From the human T2T-CHM13v2.0 reference genome, Homo sapiens, in the NCBI RefSeq assembly GCF_009914755.1, contig NC_060934.1: a DNA stretch of 64,000 nt, one strand, 5' to 3'. The notes under the pieces are model-generated. The model was given only the letters and a program-made list of their open reading frames with translations, searched no databases and had not been told where the DNA came from. Both the position numbers and the translations under genes were made by a program. Shown here in pieces: positions 18,669 to 37,324 of this stretch; the stretch's first letter is position 1; each line of letters opens with the position of its first letter.

Positions 18669-20790
18669 TCAAATATGGTTTTTAAAAGCAATTTTAAAGT
18701 GGTGAAGTATGATTGGAGAAAATAAAAGCCATGTTGTGGGCCACAGGGGCGGAGGTGGAACTAGAACTTTCTGGGCATTTGTTGGGATGCTGCTGGTTCC
18801 CAGGTGCAGAGGAGAGGTGAGTTTGGAATGATTGGGGGTGTCCCTAGTAGGGGAGGAAAGGTTGTCCTGGAGTGGCATGGCATGGACAGTAGTAAAAAGA
18901 CTCCTTCACAGCCCCACACAGGAGCACTGCCTGTGTTCTCTGGGGAGGGGCCAGCCCTCTGGTGGGGGCCCTTTGTGCCTATAACCCCCCATGACCCTGC
19001 CCTCCAGCCCATGTGATGGGTGGACGTGGAGTAGTTTAGGCTTGTCAGGGGCTCTTAAGTCTGATCTGCACCCAAATCCCTGACCACACCTTCCCCCTTC
19101 GGAACTAGAATTTCCAGAAGGTTTGAGAAGAATTAGCCTCTGTCTTTGTCATCCTTTCCTTTCATGGGGTTGTTTTTCTTATTGGATTCAGGCAAGCAAA
19201 TAATTAGGTCTTGGAGGGCTGGGGGTGCTTCTTTTTATTCATTATTTAGCAGCCTCTTTCTGGTCCCAAATCTCATCTGCCCTCAGCAGTCTACATAGCG
19301 TCCTGCCCGGGCAAGGTGGGGGATTCACATGGATGGAAATCAAGTGAACGGCTCCACAGGGAGAGATTCTGAGGGGATGGAGACCTGTAGCTCCCCGGAT
19401 AAAGAGGAAATGGGGTGAGGAGAGGAGGGGGGCGGTGCTGTGTAGGGCAAGGAGCCTGTTGTATTCTGGGACCCTTGAAGTCCATGCCTGCTGAGCTTAA
19501 AGGGTCTCCTCTGAATGGGAACATGGCCTTGTTTCTATTTAGGGAGAGAAAAGCCACCCAGCATTTCTATAGTCTTGAATTAGACCCAGCATTCTAGGTT
19601 AGAAGGTAGAGGTTCCCCCGCCCCCCCTCCCCTTTTCATATAGAATTAGAAAATATCTGGATTTCAGCCCATACAAGGTGCTCATGCAATTAACCCTTTC
19701 TTCCAAGCGAGGCCTTCCCTGAGAGGTGTGCAGATGGCAATATATTTACGGCTTCCACTGGGGCATAACCAAGAAAGGGGACATCTGCATCGTATTCTCT
19801 TTCTAGGTTTGCCGTGCTCTGCTACAGTCATGGCAAATAAACAACCCACCTTCCCCAGGAATGACTAATTCATAAACACATAACTACACAACTACAGCTT
19901 ATGATGTGGAAACCTGGATAGCTTATTTCCGGGAAAAGCTAATATCATAAAAAGCTTTTGTAAATGTGTTTATTAGTATATTATTTCATAAGCTTTTAAG
20001 AATCCAATTTTAAAATGTGCACCTTCTGGAGAAAACAGTGTTATATTTTACTTGGAGAACACTTTAGTGGGAATGACCCTTTCAAAGGATTTGGTAAATG
20101 CATGTGTTAAATTCATCTTTTCAGTCATTGTATATAATCAGTTCTTTCAGAACCTTTTTTCTTCCTGGCTGATTGTTTTTTTTCCTGTTGTCACTTTTTT
20201 GGTGTGTTAGGGTACCGTTCTTCTTAAGTATCGAACACTTTCTCAGGGCATATTCTGATAGTTATATAAATGGGAGAATACCAGACAGAAGGATAGTGAA
20301 TATTTGCTTGATTGCTTTAGATTTTTCTTTGGACTTGAAGATATGTCTAAATGATTTCAAATGTTCATTTGTTAATAAACAACCAGATTGTTAGGTTTTT
20401 CAGATTGTCTCAAAAATGTCCATGATTATATAAATATAGCTAGCCTTGAGGTCTGCATTTACCTCCTGGATTTCATAACAATTCTCTATAATGCTTTTGA
20501 AAACTTTGGCTTTCTATATGGTATATTTAGGGCAGCTTTTTTAAATTTAGGAAAGCGTGCCATGCCATTCCTTTGTACGATATATAAAGACTTGACCAGG
20601 AGTATAAAAATCAACTCTAATCCCACCACTCAGAAATAACCACTGTGAGATTTTTTATGTATTTTCCAGACCTTTTCTGTGCATAGTCAACACAATTGCT
20701 TTTGTATTGTGTGTTGTTTCTTCCCTTTTCCACAGAGTGACATATCTTGGGCATTTACCCATATTGTAAATTTTTCACTAAAATCCCTAA

Positions 20791-21159
<369 letters not shown>

Positions 21160-22004
21160 TGAGGTGTGCTTATGGCCCAGTGTACTGCCACCACCTCTGT
21201 ACTAAACCAAGCCACCTTGTGTGTGTGTACGTGCGTGCGTGCGTGTGTGCATGGTGGGGCTGTGCTCCAGGAGCCCTGGTTGATTTGCCTTCTTTTTGTT
21301 AGAGCCGCTTTATGACTTCCCCTCTTTCTTTTTTGCTCCTTTTCCTCCTTCCTCCCTTTGTGTCTTTTTCCCACATTATTTTCCTCCATGCTTTTTTCTA
21401 GTTCTACTTTCTTGTGTGCCTGTATCTGTATCGATCTGAAGCTTGAGGCTGAGTGGCCACTACTGGTGACTGATTCCCCCACCCCAGTGCACATGTTCAC
21501 TGCAGGCTGCAGGAAACAGGCTTTGTCCCACTTTCAAAGTGGGAATCAGCCCTGCTCTGGATCAGCCCCTGGTCTGGATCAATGTGTCTGGGTCCATGTG
21601 GGAGTGGCTTCCTCTATGGTTCTCTTTCATGTTTACCTTTGGGCATGAGACCCAAATGCTGTCTGTGTTGACCGCTGACTGTAAACAGCACCTCGTTCAA
21701 GGTGGTGAACCTGTTTCTTAGTGGCCAGGGTAGGGCTGGCTGTGTACACATCAGGTGACCATGTGAACCGTGTCCGAGGTCCTTTGACTAGAGCTCAGCA
21801 GCCTAAAACCTGAGGAGGAACAGGGCAGGAGCTATCCAGGTTGACAGGGTATTGGCCAAGGGCCTTTCAGCTCATTCCTTCCTGAGAATCAAGAAAGGCA
21901 GGGCTAGAATGCCTGCCCCTTCACTCCCACCCCTCCTGGTTCTCCACTGAGCTCCCTGCCTGCAGAATGGATCTGATTTCTTCCTTTCCTGCGAGCACTA
22001 TTTA

Positions 22005-22427
<423 letters not shown>

Positions 22428-22822
22428 TTAACCTTCTCCTTTGTCGAGTTCACAGTCACTTGTAACTCTCTTTACTAAGGTGTGGGGACACGCTGAGACA
22501 CAGCGATGCTCTGCCTTCATTTCCCCCTTGCCTGTCTGTGTTTTCATGTCTAAACTTATCACGAGCATGTATAGGTTAGGCCTGGTGAGCTCTGTAGGCC
22601 TCAGATGGTCCATGTCCCATATTCTGCTTGCTCTTCCTCATGTGCCTTGAGCTTCTTTCCTTCCTGTGATTCAAAACCTTGCTCTGCTTCTTCTCATTCG
22701 AACACATCCCTTCTCCCTCTATGCAGGGAGGCCTCGCTTGTTGGGTTGTTTCTTGTTTTTTCCTCTCCCTTCATCCCTAGTCACTGTCTCACTCTTTCAG
22801 TTCGGCACTCAATTCATTCAGC

Positions 22823-23120
22823 TTATTTTATTTTATTTTTTGAGATGGAGTCTTGCTCTGTCACCCAGGCTGGAGTGCAGTGACATGATCTCGGCTCACT
22901 GTAACCGCCTCCTGGGTACAAGCGATTCTCCTTCCTCAGCCTCCTGAGTAGCTGGGATTACAGGCATGCGCCACCCCGCCTACCTAATTTCTGTATTTTT
23001 AGTAGAGATGGGATTTCGCCACGTTGGCCAGGCTGGTCTCGAACTCCTGACCTCAGATAATCCACCCGCCTCGGCCTCCCAAAGTGCTGGGATTACAGGC
23101 GTGAGCCACCGCGCCTGGCC
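22823..23120 (-). mobile_element. Alu (AluS)
   Basis: Full dimer. Confidence 0.95.
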
Positions 23121-24010
<890 letters not shown>

Positions 24011-24496
24011 TGCTGCTCTCACACTCTAGAGTTGGACTTGATCCTGCGAGCATTGCAGAGCCATGGAGAGGTGTTAAGTAACAGGGAAAAGGATCTCAAA
24101 TTTGTCAAGGTAATTCCTTATCTTGAGAGACACATGGAGATTTGAACCAGGGAGACTGCTAGGAAGTCCTCTGCAGTTTTTGTAGGGGATTCTCATGGAA
24201 CTTTCTTTTAGAACCTCTTTCTTACAATTGTGAGTACTGAAAAGGCAATTCTGGAACCTATTTTTAAACCCAGGATAGTTAATAACAAAACTAATGGCAT
24301 TTAATATTTGAATTAAGTCATATGTTGACAGGATTTAGAGTCCCCTTGGACTTCCTTTTTACTTCTGGGTCCAGTGGGAGGCTGGTGGTTCCACCAACAG
24401 TGCCTTTGGGAGTCAGAGGAAGAGGGGAGGGGCAGGAAGCAATAGGCTAGACTGTGTCACCATGTCCCTAACTGCTACCTCTTCAATGAGGATCGT

Positions 24497-24792
24497 TCTT
24501 TTTTTTTTTTTTTTTTTTGAGAGAGTCTTGCTCTGTCACCCAGGCTGGAGTGCAGTGGTGCAATCTCGGCTCACTGCAAGCTCCGCCTCCTGGGTTCACA
24601 CCATTCTCCTGCCTCAACCTCCTGAGTAGCTGAGGAGCCCACCACCACGCCTGCCTAATTTTTTATGTATTTTTAGTAGAGATGGGGTTTCACCGTGTTT
24701 TCCAGGATGGTCTCGATCTCCTGACCTAAGAATCCGCCTGCCTCGGCTTCCAAAAGTGCTGGGATTACAGGCGTGAGCCACCGCACCTGGCC
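24497..24792 (-). mobile_element. AluY-like
   Basis: GCAAGCTCCGCC, AGGATGGTCTCGATC; TSD GAGGAT(C/G)GTTCTTT. Confidence 0.93.
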
Positions 24793-24809
24793 CGAGGATG
24801 GTTCTTTAA

Positions 24810-25930
24810 CCATCCTATTTATTGTGTTAAAACATTGCATAACATAAACTTTACCATTTTTAACCATTTATTTGAGGTAGATATTATTATTTTTGTTGTT
24901 TTAACTTTTATTTATGTTCAGGGAGTTGTACAGGTTTGTTATATAGGTAAACTCATATCATGGGGGTTTGCTGTACAGATTTTTTTTATCACCCAGGTAC
25001 TAAGCATAGTACCTGATAGTTATTTGTTCTGAGTCTCTCCCTCCTCCCACCCTCTACCCTCAAGCAGACCCAGTATCCGTTGTTCCCCTCAAGGTGTCCA
25101 TGTGTTCTCATGATTTAGCTCCCACTTATGAGTAAGAACATGCAGTATTTGGTTTTGCGTTCCTGCATTTTTTTTTTTTGCTAAGGCTAATGGCCTCCGG
25201 CTCCATCCATGTTCCTGCAAAGGACGTGATCTTGTTCTTTTTTATGGCTGCATAGTATTCCATGGTGCATATGTAACACATTTTCTTTATCCAGTCTGCC
25301 ATTGATGGGCATTTAGGTTGATTCCATGTCTTTACTACTGTGAACAGTGCTGCAGTGAACGTAGCATGCATGTGTCTTTATGGTAGGATGGTGCACATTC
25401 CTTTGGGTATATACCTAGTCATGGAATTGCTGGGTCGAATTCATTGTAATCATCTTATAATGTGCAGTTCGGTGGCATTGAGTACATTCACATTATTGCG
25501 CAACCATCACCACCATCCATGTTTTGAACTCTTCCTATCTTGCAGAACTGACACTCTGCACCCATTAAACAACAAGCCCCCCATTCCTCCTCTCCCCAGC
25601 ACCTGGCAGCCACCATTCTGCTTTCTGTCTCCACGAATTTGACTACTCTAGGGATCTCATATAAGTGGAGTCATACTGTATGTGTCCTTTGTGTCTGGTC
25701 TGTTTCACTTAGCATAATGTCCTCAAGGTTTGTCCATGTTGCAGCATGGGTCAGGATTTCCTTCCCCATTAAGCCTGGGTAATATTCCACTGTCTGGCTG
25801 TACCACCTTTTGTTTATCCATTCCTCTATCCATGGGTACCCGGGTTGCTTCTACCTGTTGGCTATTGTGGGTAATGCTGTTGTGAACATGAGTGTACAAA
25901 TATCTGTTTGAGACCCTTCCTGCAGTTCCT
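24810..25930 (-). mobile_element. L1MB 3' end with nested older L1PA 3' end (~24885-25440)
   Basis: ORF 25126-25371(-) resembles the L1 ORF2 C-terminus ([16 protein letters not shown]); L1 3' UTR motifs. Confidence 0.88.
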
Positions 25931-26311
25931 TTAGGTCTTCTGTGAGTTCTTCACCCCTCCTAGGTCTGAGTTTGGGAACTAGGATTAGTTCGTTGATGGA
26001 CATGGAAGTTGCTTCCTTCTCCCCTTTTTTTGCTGCTGTGTCACATGAATCATATGCATATGATGTTAGAGATGGACTTCAGAGGGACTGTGTTCTAGAA
26101 CTGGTTCTCCTCGCACTTGTATTCAATAGGAACCACAGTGAACATAGTTCATGCTAGAGGCATGGCTCCCTGAGTGATGGCGGTGCTAGAAGAGTTGACA
26201 GGAGAGGGAGGGGTGGGGAAAGTGGTGATTTGAGCGCAGCGTAGGAAATAGACATTATGGGAATTCATCAGTTTGCACTAAATGGTGGTACATGAGGAAG
26301 AGAGAAGTCTA

Positions 26312-26603
26312 GGCCGGGTGGGGTGGCTCATGCCTGTAATTCCAGCAGTTAGGGAGGCCGAGGGGGGGCGGATCACGAGTTCAGGAGTTTGAGACCAGCC
26401 TGACCAACATGGTGAAACCCCATCTCTACTAAAAATACAAAAATTAGCTGGGCATGGTGGCACGTGCCTATAATCCCAGCTACTCAGGAGGCTGGGGCAG
26501 GAGAATAGCTTGAACCTGGGAGGCGGAGGTTGCAGTGAGCCGAGATCACACCACCGCACTCTAGCCTGGGCAACAGAACGAGACTCTGTTTCAAAAAAAA
26601 AAA
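26312..26603 (+). mobile_element. Alu (AluS)
   Basis: TSD AGAAGTCTA. Confidence 0.95.
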
Positions 26604-27434
26604 GAAGTCTAGAGTGAATCCCAGATCTCTAGCTTGGGTGACTAGATGACCATGAACTAGGATGTCTGGAAAAGGGGGAGGGTGGGTTGAGAGACCACAG
26701 AGCATGCATTTATTTTAGGGCACCCCAGAACAGGGGAGGAAGCCCCTTGGGATCTACAGACGATCTGCAGGGTAAAGATAATTACAATGTGACTATAAAA
26801 TGAAGCTGGAAAAATGAAATAAAGATACCGTATAATGAGTGTAAATTTAGATCCTTACTCAGCGAAGATCATTATATTTCCTTACAAAAATTTCTCTTAT
26901 CATGTCGAGATTTTTTAATTTCGGGAATCTGGAGTGGGGAGGGTCATATGTTCCTGGTTTGTTTCGAAGGTGACAGATGAAACTGGGAGGATAATTTGAT
27001 ATTAAATGTGATAAGTATTTCCACCTCTTTTCTTACCCTACTTTGAACTTGAAGTTGGGATTAGTCATGGCAGCTTTTCTCTTACCAGCCCTTCATCGTC
27101 TGGCCCCATAAGTCCCTTCTCAGCAGGCCTGCCCATCTGTACACTGGAGGAAACCCAGCTCTCCGTTCTGTCTGCTCCAGGTCCTGTTATGTGGGATTGG
27201 AGTGAAGCCCACAGTTAGAGGAGTGGCTGTTACGGGAAAGACAATGAGTTTACTGGCAGGTAACTTGCTCTTGTGCTGCTGTTGGAATATCCAGGCAGAG
27301 TTATGTAGGCAGTTGGGTGGAGAGGTCTGATGCCTAGGATGGACCTGAAGCTTGAGGGATTATGGAGTCATCGCCAATGCCCGGGGCATGGGATTGTCAG
27401 AAAGAACGCAGGTCACAAGAAGAAGAGAAGTCCT

Positions 27435-27721
27435 GGCTAGGTGCGGTGGCTCACACCTGTAATCCCAGCACTTTGGGAGGCCGAGGCGGGCAGATCACTG
27501 GAGGTCAGGAGTTCGAGTCCAGCCTGGCCAACATGGTGAAACCCCGTCTCTACTAAAAATACGAAAATTAACTGGGAGTAGTGGTGGACACCTGTAATGC
27601 CAGCTACTTGGGAGGCTGAGGCAGGAGAATGCTTGAACCTGGGAGGCGGAGGTTGGAGTGAGCCAAGATCATGCCATTGCACTCCAACCTGGGTGACAGA
27701 GCAAGACTCTGGCTCAAAAAA
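27435..27721 (+). mobile_element. Alu (AluSx-like)
   Basis: Full dimer. Confidence 0.95.
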
Positions 27722-27899
27722 GCAGAAGATTGTCCTCTTCATTGTTTACTCCTGTGTCCATCTGAGATGACTGGGGAAGACGAAAGGGGCACGATTAGGA
27801 GGCGGAGTCTCCCCTGGAGTGTGGTCCCATTCTACTCTCTTCATAGGCACCACTGCAGACTCCAGAGCAGGAAGAACGGGATTTAGGTAGACAGGTGAA

Positions 27900-28170
27900 G
27901 GGGCTGGAAGAGACAGGACGATGTGTGGTAGTCACATGGGCCAGGGAAGTGGAGCCCACAGAGGAGACTGTGGAGGGAGGGGCAGGGTGTTCAGATGAGA
28001 ACCAGGGCAGACGGTGTCTTGGAAGTCAAGGGGGAAGAAGTTGAAGGCGGAGGGAGTGCTCACCTGTGCGATGCCAGAGGGGAAAGGTGATTGACAAACA
28101 TCCACCGTGTTTGGCTGCGGGGAAGCCTTCGTGACCTCTGCCATCGTTTCAGGCAGTGGTGGTGTTGGAT
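27900..28170 (-). mobile_element. L2 fragment
   Basis: GGTGTCTTGGAAGTCAAGGGGGAAG..; TTCGTGACCT..GTTTCAG. Confidence 0.55.
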
Positions 28171-28252
28171 CCCATGGAATCCCGTATGCTTTATTCCAGT
28201 CTTGTAGATGGGATTCTTTCAGCACATTCTCTCCTTAGTTCCTGAATTCTAG

Positions 28253-29360
<1,108 letters not shown>

Positions 29361-29369
29361 TTGGGAGCC

Positions 29370-29880
<511 letters not shown>

Positions 29881-30468
29881 TGAGTCTCCCACTCAGCCAA
29901 GGGGCAGGACAGGGACTCTCACCTGGGCCTGTCTCTCGCCCCACAGGTGTGCTCTGGCCTTTAGAGTATGTACAGCTCAGGAGCCCGCAGCAGAGGGAAG
30001 CCTGTCACTGCCCAGGAGGCACGGGTAGGTTCAGGAGAGCGGCTCTTCTTTCTTCTGGCTGGGATCCTGGCATGCATGGGTGTACCAAGGCAAAGGGACG
30101 GGGCAGGAGGAGGAGCCGAGGGAGTGCATTGTCTGTGCAGAACTTAAAGCAACAATAAAATCCACTATAACGCAGTCTGCTGCTTATTATCACTGTGTCC
30201 ACAGTTCTTAACGATGTCCTGGATACATGCTCTGCTTTCTGCCCCCCCAAATGCCACTTCCTGGCAGCCAAAGACTAAAAAAAGGCCTAAGCACCCCTTC
30301 ATTGTTGGGGCCCTGGTAAGCTCCAAATTCAGTGACCTTGTCTTCTGCTTCTTGTCTGTTTCCCACACATCTCTGGTCACTGGGTAGGGGCTTGGTCCAC
30401 ACCTGCTTGGCAGATCCTTCCTGTTTCCTCTAGTTGTTGATACCAGAATAATCTAATTTAAAATACTT

Positions 30469-30815
<347 letters not shown>

Positions 30816-30819
30816 CTAA

Positions 30820-31075
30820 TAGCAATCCCTTTGATAGCACTTGCTGTGTGTCCGTTAGGGTCTAACCACTTGGGCTCAGATGATCTTGTTGACTTCTCAC
30901 AATAACCTCGTGGGGTGGGTTCTCTTATCACCCCCATGTTACAGAGGAGGAAAGGGAGGAGCTCAGAGTTTAAGGGACTTGCCCAAGGCCGTGTAGGTGA
31001 TGAGCAGGCAGAACTAGGATCCCCACTTAGGCTGCCTAGCCCCAGAGCCCATGCACCCAACTGCTAGGTTCCACT
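30820..31075 (-). mobile_element. MIR
   Basis: CCCATGTTACAGAGGAGGAAA..GACTTGCCCAAGGCC. Confidence 0.75.
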
Positions 31076-31157
31076 GCCTCTCAGGCATAGAGTTGATGTT
31101 TAATAAGTGCACATTGGATGGCCACATGGAAACGTGTAGATATATGAGATGCAAGCA

Positions 31158-32194
31158 TGAAACTGCCTTTGCAAAAATTGTAACAGTGAGAAAAAATAAG
31201 ACAGTGAAAGAGATCGGATCTAACCAACTGCCATCTTGCCCTTAACCTCCAACAGCCCTTGGTCATTCCTGGGCTTGGGTCAAGCTAACTTGGGGGGAAA
31301 TTTAGTTTATAGTTTAAATGATAATAGCCTTTCCCCCAAACTGAGCTGCTTTTATAAAACTAATGAAAGGCCACCAGGTTAGGAGGATGAGAGGGGCCTG
31401 AATTCTACTAAGACGTGGGCATAATTAAATCGTTACCAGCCATTATTCCAGAGATCACAAGATTTGCAACTTCCCCAATTACTCCTGTAAATAACATCAC
31501 TATTGTGGTGTTAGAACCCAAGATGGGCCTTTTGAGATGTCTTTTCCACCTTTTGCATTTCTGATGACCAGGTGGCCCCACCTGGACCCTCAACTCTTGG
31601 CTCAGCCAGTCCTGTGGCCCCACCTAGAAAGGGACTCAGTACACCAGGACCATTTTCCAAACCCCTATGATTGCATTCCCAGCCAATCAGCAGCACCCAT
31701 TCCCTTAGTCCTTGACCCACCAAACTATCTTTGAAAAACCGTAGCCTCTGAGGTTGATTTGAGTAATAACCTGTCTCCCATGTTGTGTGGCTGGCCTTGT
31801 GTCAATTAAACTCTTCTCTTTTTTTTTTGAGATGGAGTCTCGCCCTGTTGCCCAGGCTGGAGTGCAGTGGCAGGAACTTGGTTCACTGCAACCTCCGCCT
31901 CCCAGGTTCCAGTGATTCTCCTGCCTCAGCCTCCTGAGCAGCCGCGATTACAGGCGTGTACCACCACGCCCGGCTAATTTTTATATTTTTAGTAGAGATG
32001 GGGTTTCACCATGTTGGTCAGGCTGGTCTCGAACTCCTGACCTGGTGATCTGCCCGCCTTGGCCTCCCAAAGTGCTGGGATTACAGGTGTAGGCCACCAC
32101 GCCTGGCCTAAACTCTTTCTTGTTGCAATGCCATGGTCTCAGTGAATTGCTTTTGTCTGTGGAGTGGGCAGGAAGAACCCATTGGGCAATTACA
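31158..32194 (+). mobile_element. LTR8/LTR8A-like ERV1 solo LTR with nested Alu (31815-32108, - strand)
   Basis: TGAAACTGCCTTTGCAAAA start, ..GGGCAATTACA end, 4-bp TSD AGCA. Confidence 0.88.
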
Positions 32195-33494
32195 AGCAGC
32201 CCAGGGAGCTCGGGCCTGCAGTCAGAGCTGGACACTGTGTGGATCACTCACGATGCTTAATAATTACTCTCCATCAGTCTGCTTAGAATGGCAGCAAATC
32301 CCTTCGTGATCCATCACATCTTTCTTGCAGGCTGGTGCAGTGTTTACCTCCACTGTAATGAAATGTGTTTCCCTTGAGGGGGTGGTTATTGGTATTTATA
32401 GAGCATCTTATAGCTGAAGAGCTCCAGAAGCAACAATTACCTCTTTAATCCTCTTAGCTTGTCTCTGAAAAGAGGGATGTGAACCGTAGCATAGTGCTGG
32501 CTCCTGCCTCCTCTCCTTTCTTCACCCCACCCCTGCCCACTAGAGTTTGCAGACTGTGCCCAGCAGCACTTTGGGAAGCTGGGGGTGGTTCTGGAGGGAA
32601 TGAGGCCCTTCCCGCAGGTCACCTTTGGAGCTGGGTGGAGATGTAGGGCTACTTAGGGGACCTCCAGGTCAGCGCTTGCATCCACTTGTTTTATAACACC
32701 CGGTAGCCAAAATGGAGAAGTAACTTTCTTCCTGCTAAAGAAATCTCACCGGCCACTTTCACTCTTTATGCTCCAGGAAAGAAAGTTGGAATAATAGAAT
32801 TTTTTTTTCTCTCGAAGCAGTGAATTCTTCTGTCTTGGGAGCCAGATTCAGAGGAATAGCAGAGAAAATGAAAAAGGATGAGGCCTGGGAACCTGCGGAA
32901 CTTTTCCTGAGTGCTAATGGGTTTTTTCCCCCATATGCGTGTATACGTGACACACACATTTGCATTGATACCTACTGGGCCAGCTTGATGAACAGCCTGT
33001 GGCTGTGACTGTCTTTTGTTATGCACATGTAATTGCATTTAGTGGTAGCACCTGAAGATAGACTGCCAGGCGATAGGGCTAATTTTGGTCTCTGAACTCA
33101 CCAAAGGGATGTCACGACGGTGCTGGAGAGCTCCTTGTTCACAGCCGCGCTTTCTGTTACTAAGGGTGGAAGAGACCTCCATAAATAACATTGCCGCTGC
33201 CGCTGTGGTTCAGGACGTTTTCAGATGGTAGGATCTCATATTTCAGGTGGTTAATAACCCTTTCCCTGCCCACATTACGGTGCTAGCTAAGTGTGCAAAA
33301 GAGATAATATGGTTAGAAAAATACTCATTTCTAGATCCCTGTTCCCATTTTTCTTTCTAATCTCTCATTCTAATGCCCAGCTTCCTCCCTGCCCTGCATT
33401 GCTCTCTGGGTGGACCTGGGTGTAGCCCCTATATTCTACCCTGTGGGAGACTCCATTCTGTGTTTGTGGAGCATCATTCAGTCTCATGCTTTAT

Positions 33495-34309
<815 letters not shown>

Positions 34310-34329
34310 TGATTTTATAGCTGGTGACC

Positions 34330-35560
34330 CGGTGACTTCATGGGGGTGTGAGGTTGGTGCCCGCAGCCACAATCCTGGACTCGTAGAAGGCAGGCTTGGG
34401 TGGCGTTCCAAATGCTTCACTGCGCGCATCCAAGTGTCTGTCACCCATGAGCTTTGCAATAAGGAAGACATAAATATGCACCAGCTGGGCTCTGAGCTCC
34501 GGCTCAGCCTCCTCCCTGCTTTCAGCTTCCCACCGGGCATTGCAATCCCTGCTTCCGGCCCCGCCTGCTCTGCGGCTGGCAACACCAAGTCACCATCTCT
34601 CTTCGTGTTTCACCTCCAGATACAGGAAAACGCGTGAACTCTGTGTTTGGAGGGAGGAGGGCCAATTACAGGAGATCCTGGGCTAAAACAGGAAGAAGAA
34701 ACATGATTAAGGACTTTAAACAGGGATCACACAATCGTTCTTCTGCCTCCTTCCCTGCAGGAAGGCAGAGATCGGAGATGGAGAGCTGTCATTATCCTCC
34801 TTAATTATAGGAGAGAGCAGAAGTTCTTGGAAACACCAGCCAAGTCAGGGAGCCACTGGCAGCTGAGCTTACTTGTTCTTCCAAGATGGTGGAAGCCAGG
34901 CAGGGAAATAGCTGCGGGGAGGGTGAGCTCATTCACGGGGACCACTCAGCAGTGGAAGCGATGACGTCCCCTGGCCTCAGATGTGGAAAGTGTCTTCCAG
35001 GGGGCAGCTCGTGGAGGAGAGCCTAGCTTGTGGCTCTCTTGAGATGTTCTCCAGGTTTCTAACATGTGGCATGTGACTCCAGTGGAGAGGCCACTCTGCA
35101 GCTGCTCCTGTGGGCACAGTGACTCTGGGGGGGAGGGGGTGGGGCTGGGCTGGGCGTGTCATGGGAGGGCAGGTGTGATGACCAGGAAGCAGGGGTACCT
35201 CATGGTGTGCCCCGCAGAAATCTCTGCCCTTACTGGCTTCTTCCCTTCTCCTCCTACCCCAGGCCTTTTCTGTAATGTCACCGATTACCATCTGGTGTGG
35301 AAAGATTTGCTTTTCAGATTGGTGTGCTGAGCACAGCCGGACAGAGAGGAGGCTTTCGGGAAGGAAAGTCGCCTTCACGTCTTGCATGTTTTCACCGCTC
35401 CCCATACGGGTATTTCTAAGCAAGAATGCACACGGGCCTGAAATAGAATGCATTAGTAAGTGTAACCGAGAGGCGAAGTGTATTTTTAGCGAACATGGCT
35501 AAGGCAGATTATTACAGCGAGTGAGTGAGACCGAGCTAGGGGAGGAGGAGCTCCTGGGGT
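34330..35560. promoter_or_regulatory. Candidate intronic enhancer
   Basis: Repeat-poor with retained CpGs; CTTCCGG (ETS) + CCCCGCC (GC box) at 34552-34565, ATTGCAAT at 34539-34546, G-run/KLF cluster at 35127-35158. Confidence 0.3.
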
Positions 35561-36299
35561 AGAGAGACGTGGCTGCCTCTCGGCTGTCCCTGGGGAGCAG
35601 AAGGACTGTGGCCAGTGGTGGCTCCTGGGATGGTCAGAGCTTCCTGGGGATTCTTTCTGGTTGTGGAGCTCCTCGTGCCCCCTGTCGTGGGGGAGGGAGT
35701 AGAAACAGGCAGCACAATGGTGGTGAAGCTTGGGCCCCAGGTTCAGTGGCGAGGTGGCCCCAGCTGCAAATGTGTCTGCTGCCACCTGCCTGTCCCAGGT
35801 GGAGGAGAGGGGAGGGCTGGTCACAGGGAGCCGGTGGGTCTGCAGGCTGCAGAGGCACTGCTCGTTGGGCCTGTAGGTGCTTTGGGAGTCCTGGAAGGGA
35901 GGGTGGGGCTTCGATTGTGACTACCAGATTGTGGCGTCTCTGCCACACCGCTCAAAACTCTAATTCAGCTTCTTTATCTGCAAACAGGAAATGTTAACGT
36001 TTTCTCGAGGAGTCATGAGTTCAAACAGGGTCACCGATAAGGGAGGGTTGGAACTTTCAGAAGAAAATTGCTAAATATGCCAAGATGTCATATTATTTTT
36101 TTCCCAGCATATTAACTAGGGCTTAAGACCTGATAGCCCTGTGAGTATGCGTCTGTCTCTTGTAGCAGTGCTGTTCGCTTAACAGAGCCAAATTCAGCCC
36201 AGAGTGAGTCTTTGGTGTCCATCCCAGGCTCTGGCTACCATGTCACCCAGACGGCCTGATTTGAAGGCAGTTTCCTTCCCAGGGACCACGGCAGAGTGC

Positions 36300-36898
<599 letters not shown>

Positions 36899-37093
36899 AC
36901 TATCTGCTGAGTAAACTCCTTCTTTGTAGCCCAGCCAAAATGCCAGCTTCTCTGTTACAAGATTTTATAAAAAGGCAGCAATGAAGCAGAGCCGTGGAAT
37001 TTGGGGTCTCTCTCAGTTTAATCTTTGTGTTACAGGCAGTGAGCCAGAGGCTTACAGCCCCGAGGGGCCCACTTTTAAAACATTTCATGCATT

Positions 37094-37262
<169 letters not shown>

Positions 37263-37324
37263 TCACACATAAAACAAAACTGGGCAAAAGGAGAAATTTA
37301 GGAGCTAATTAAAAGAAAAAAAAC

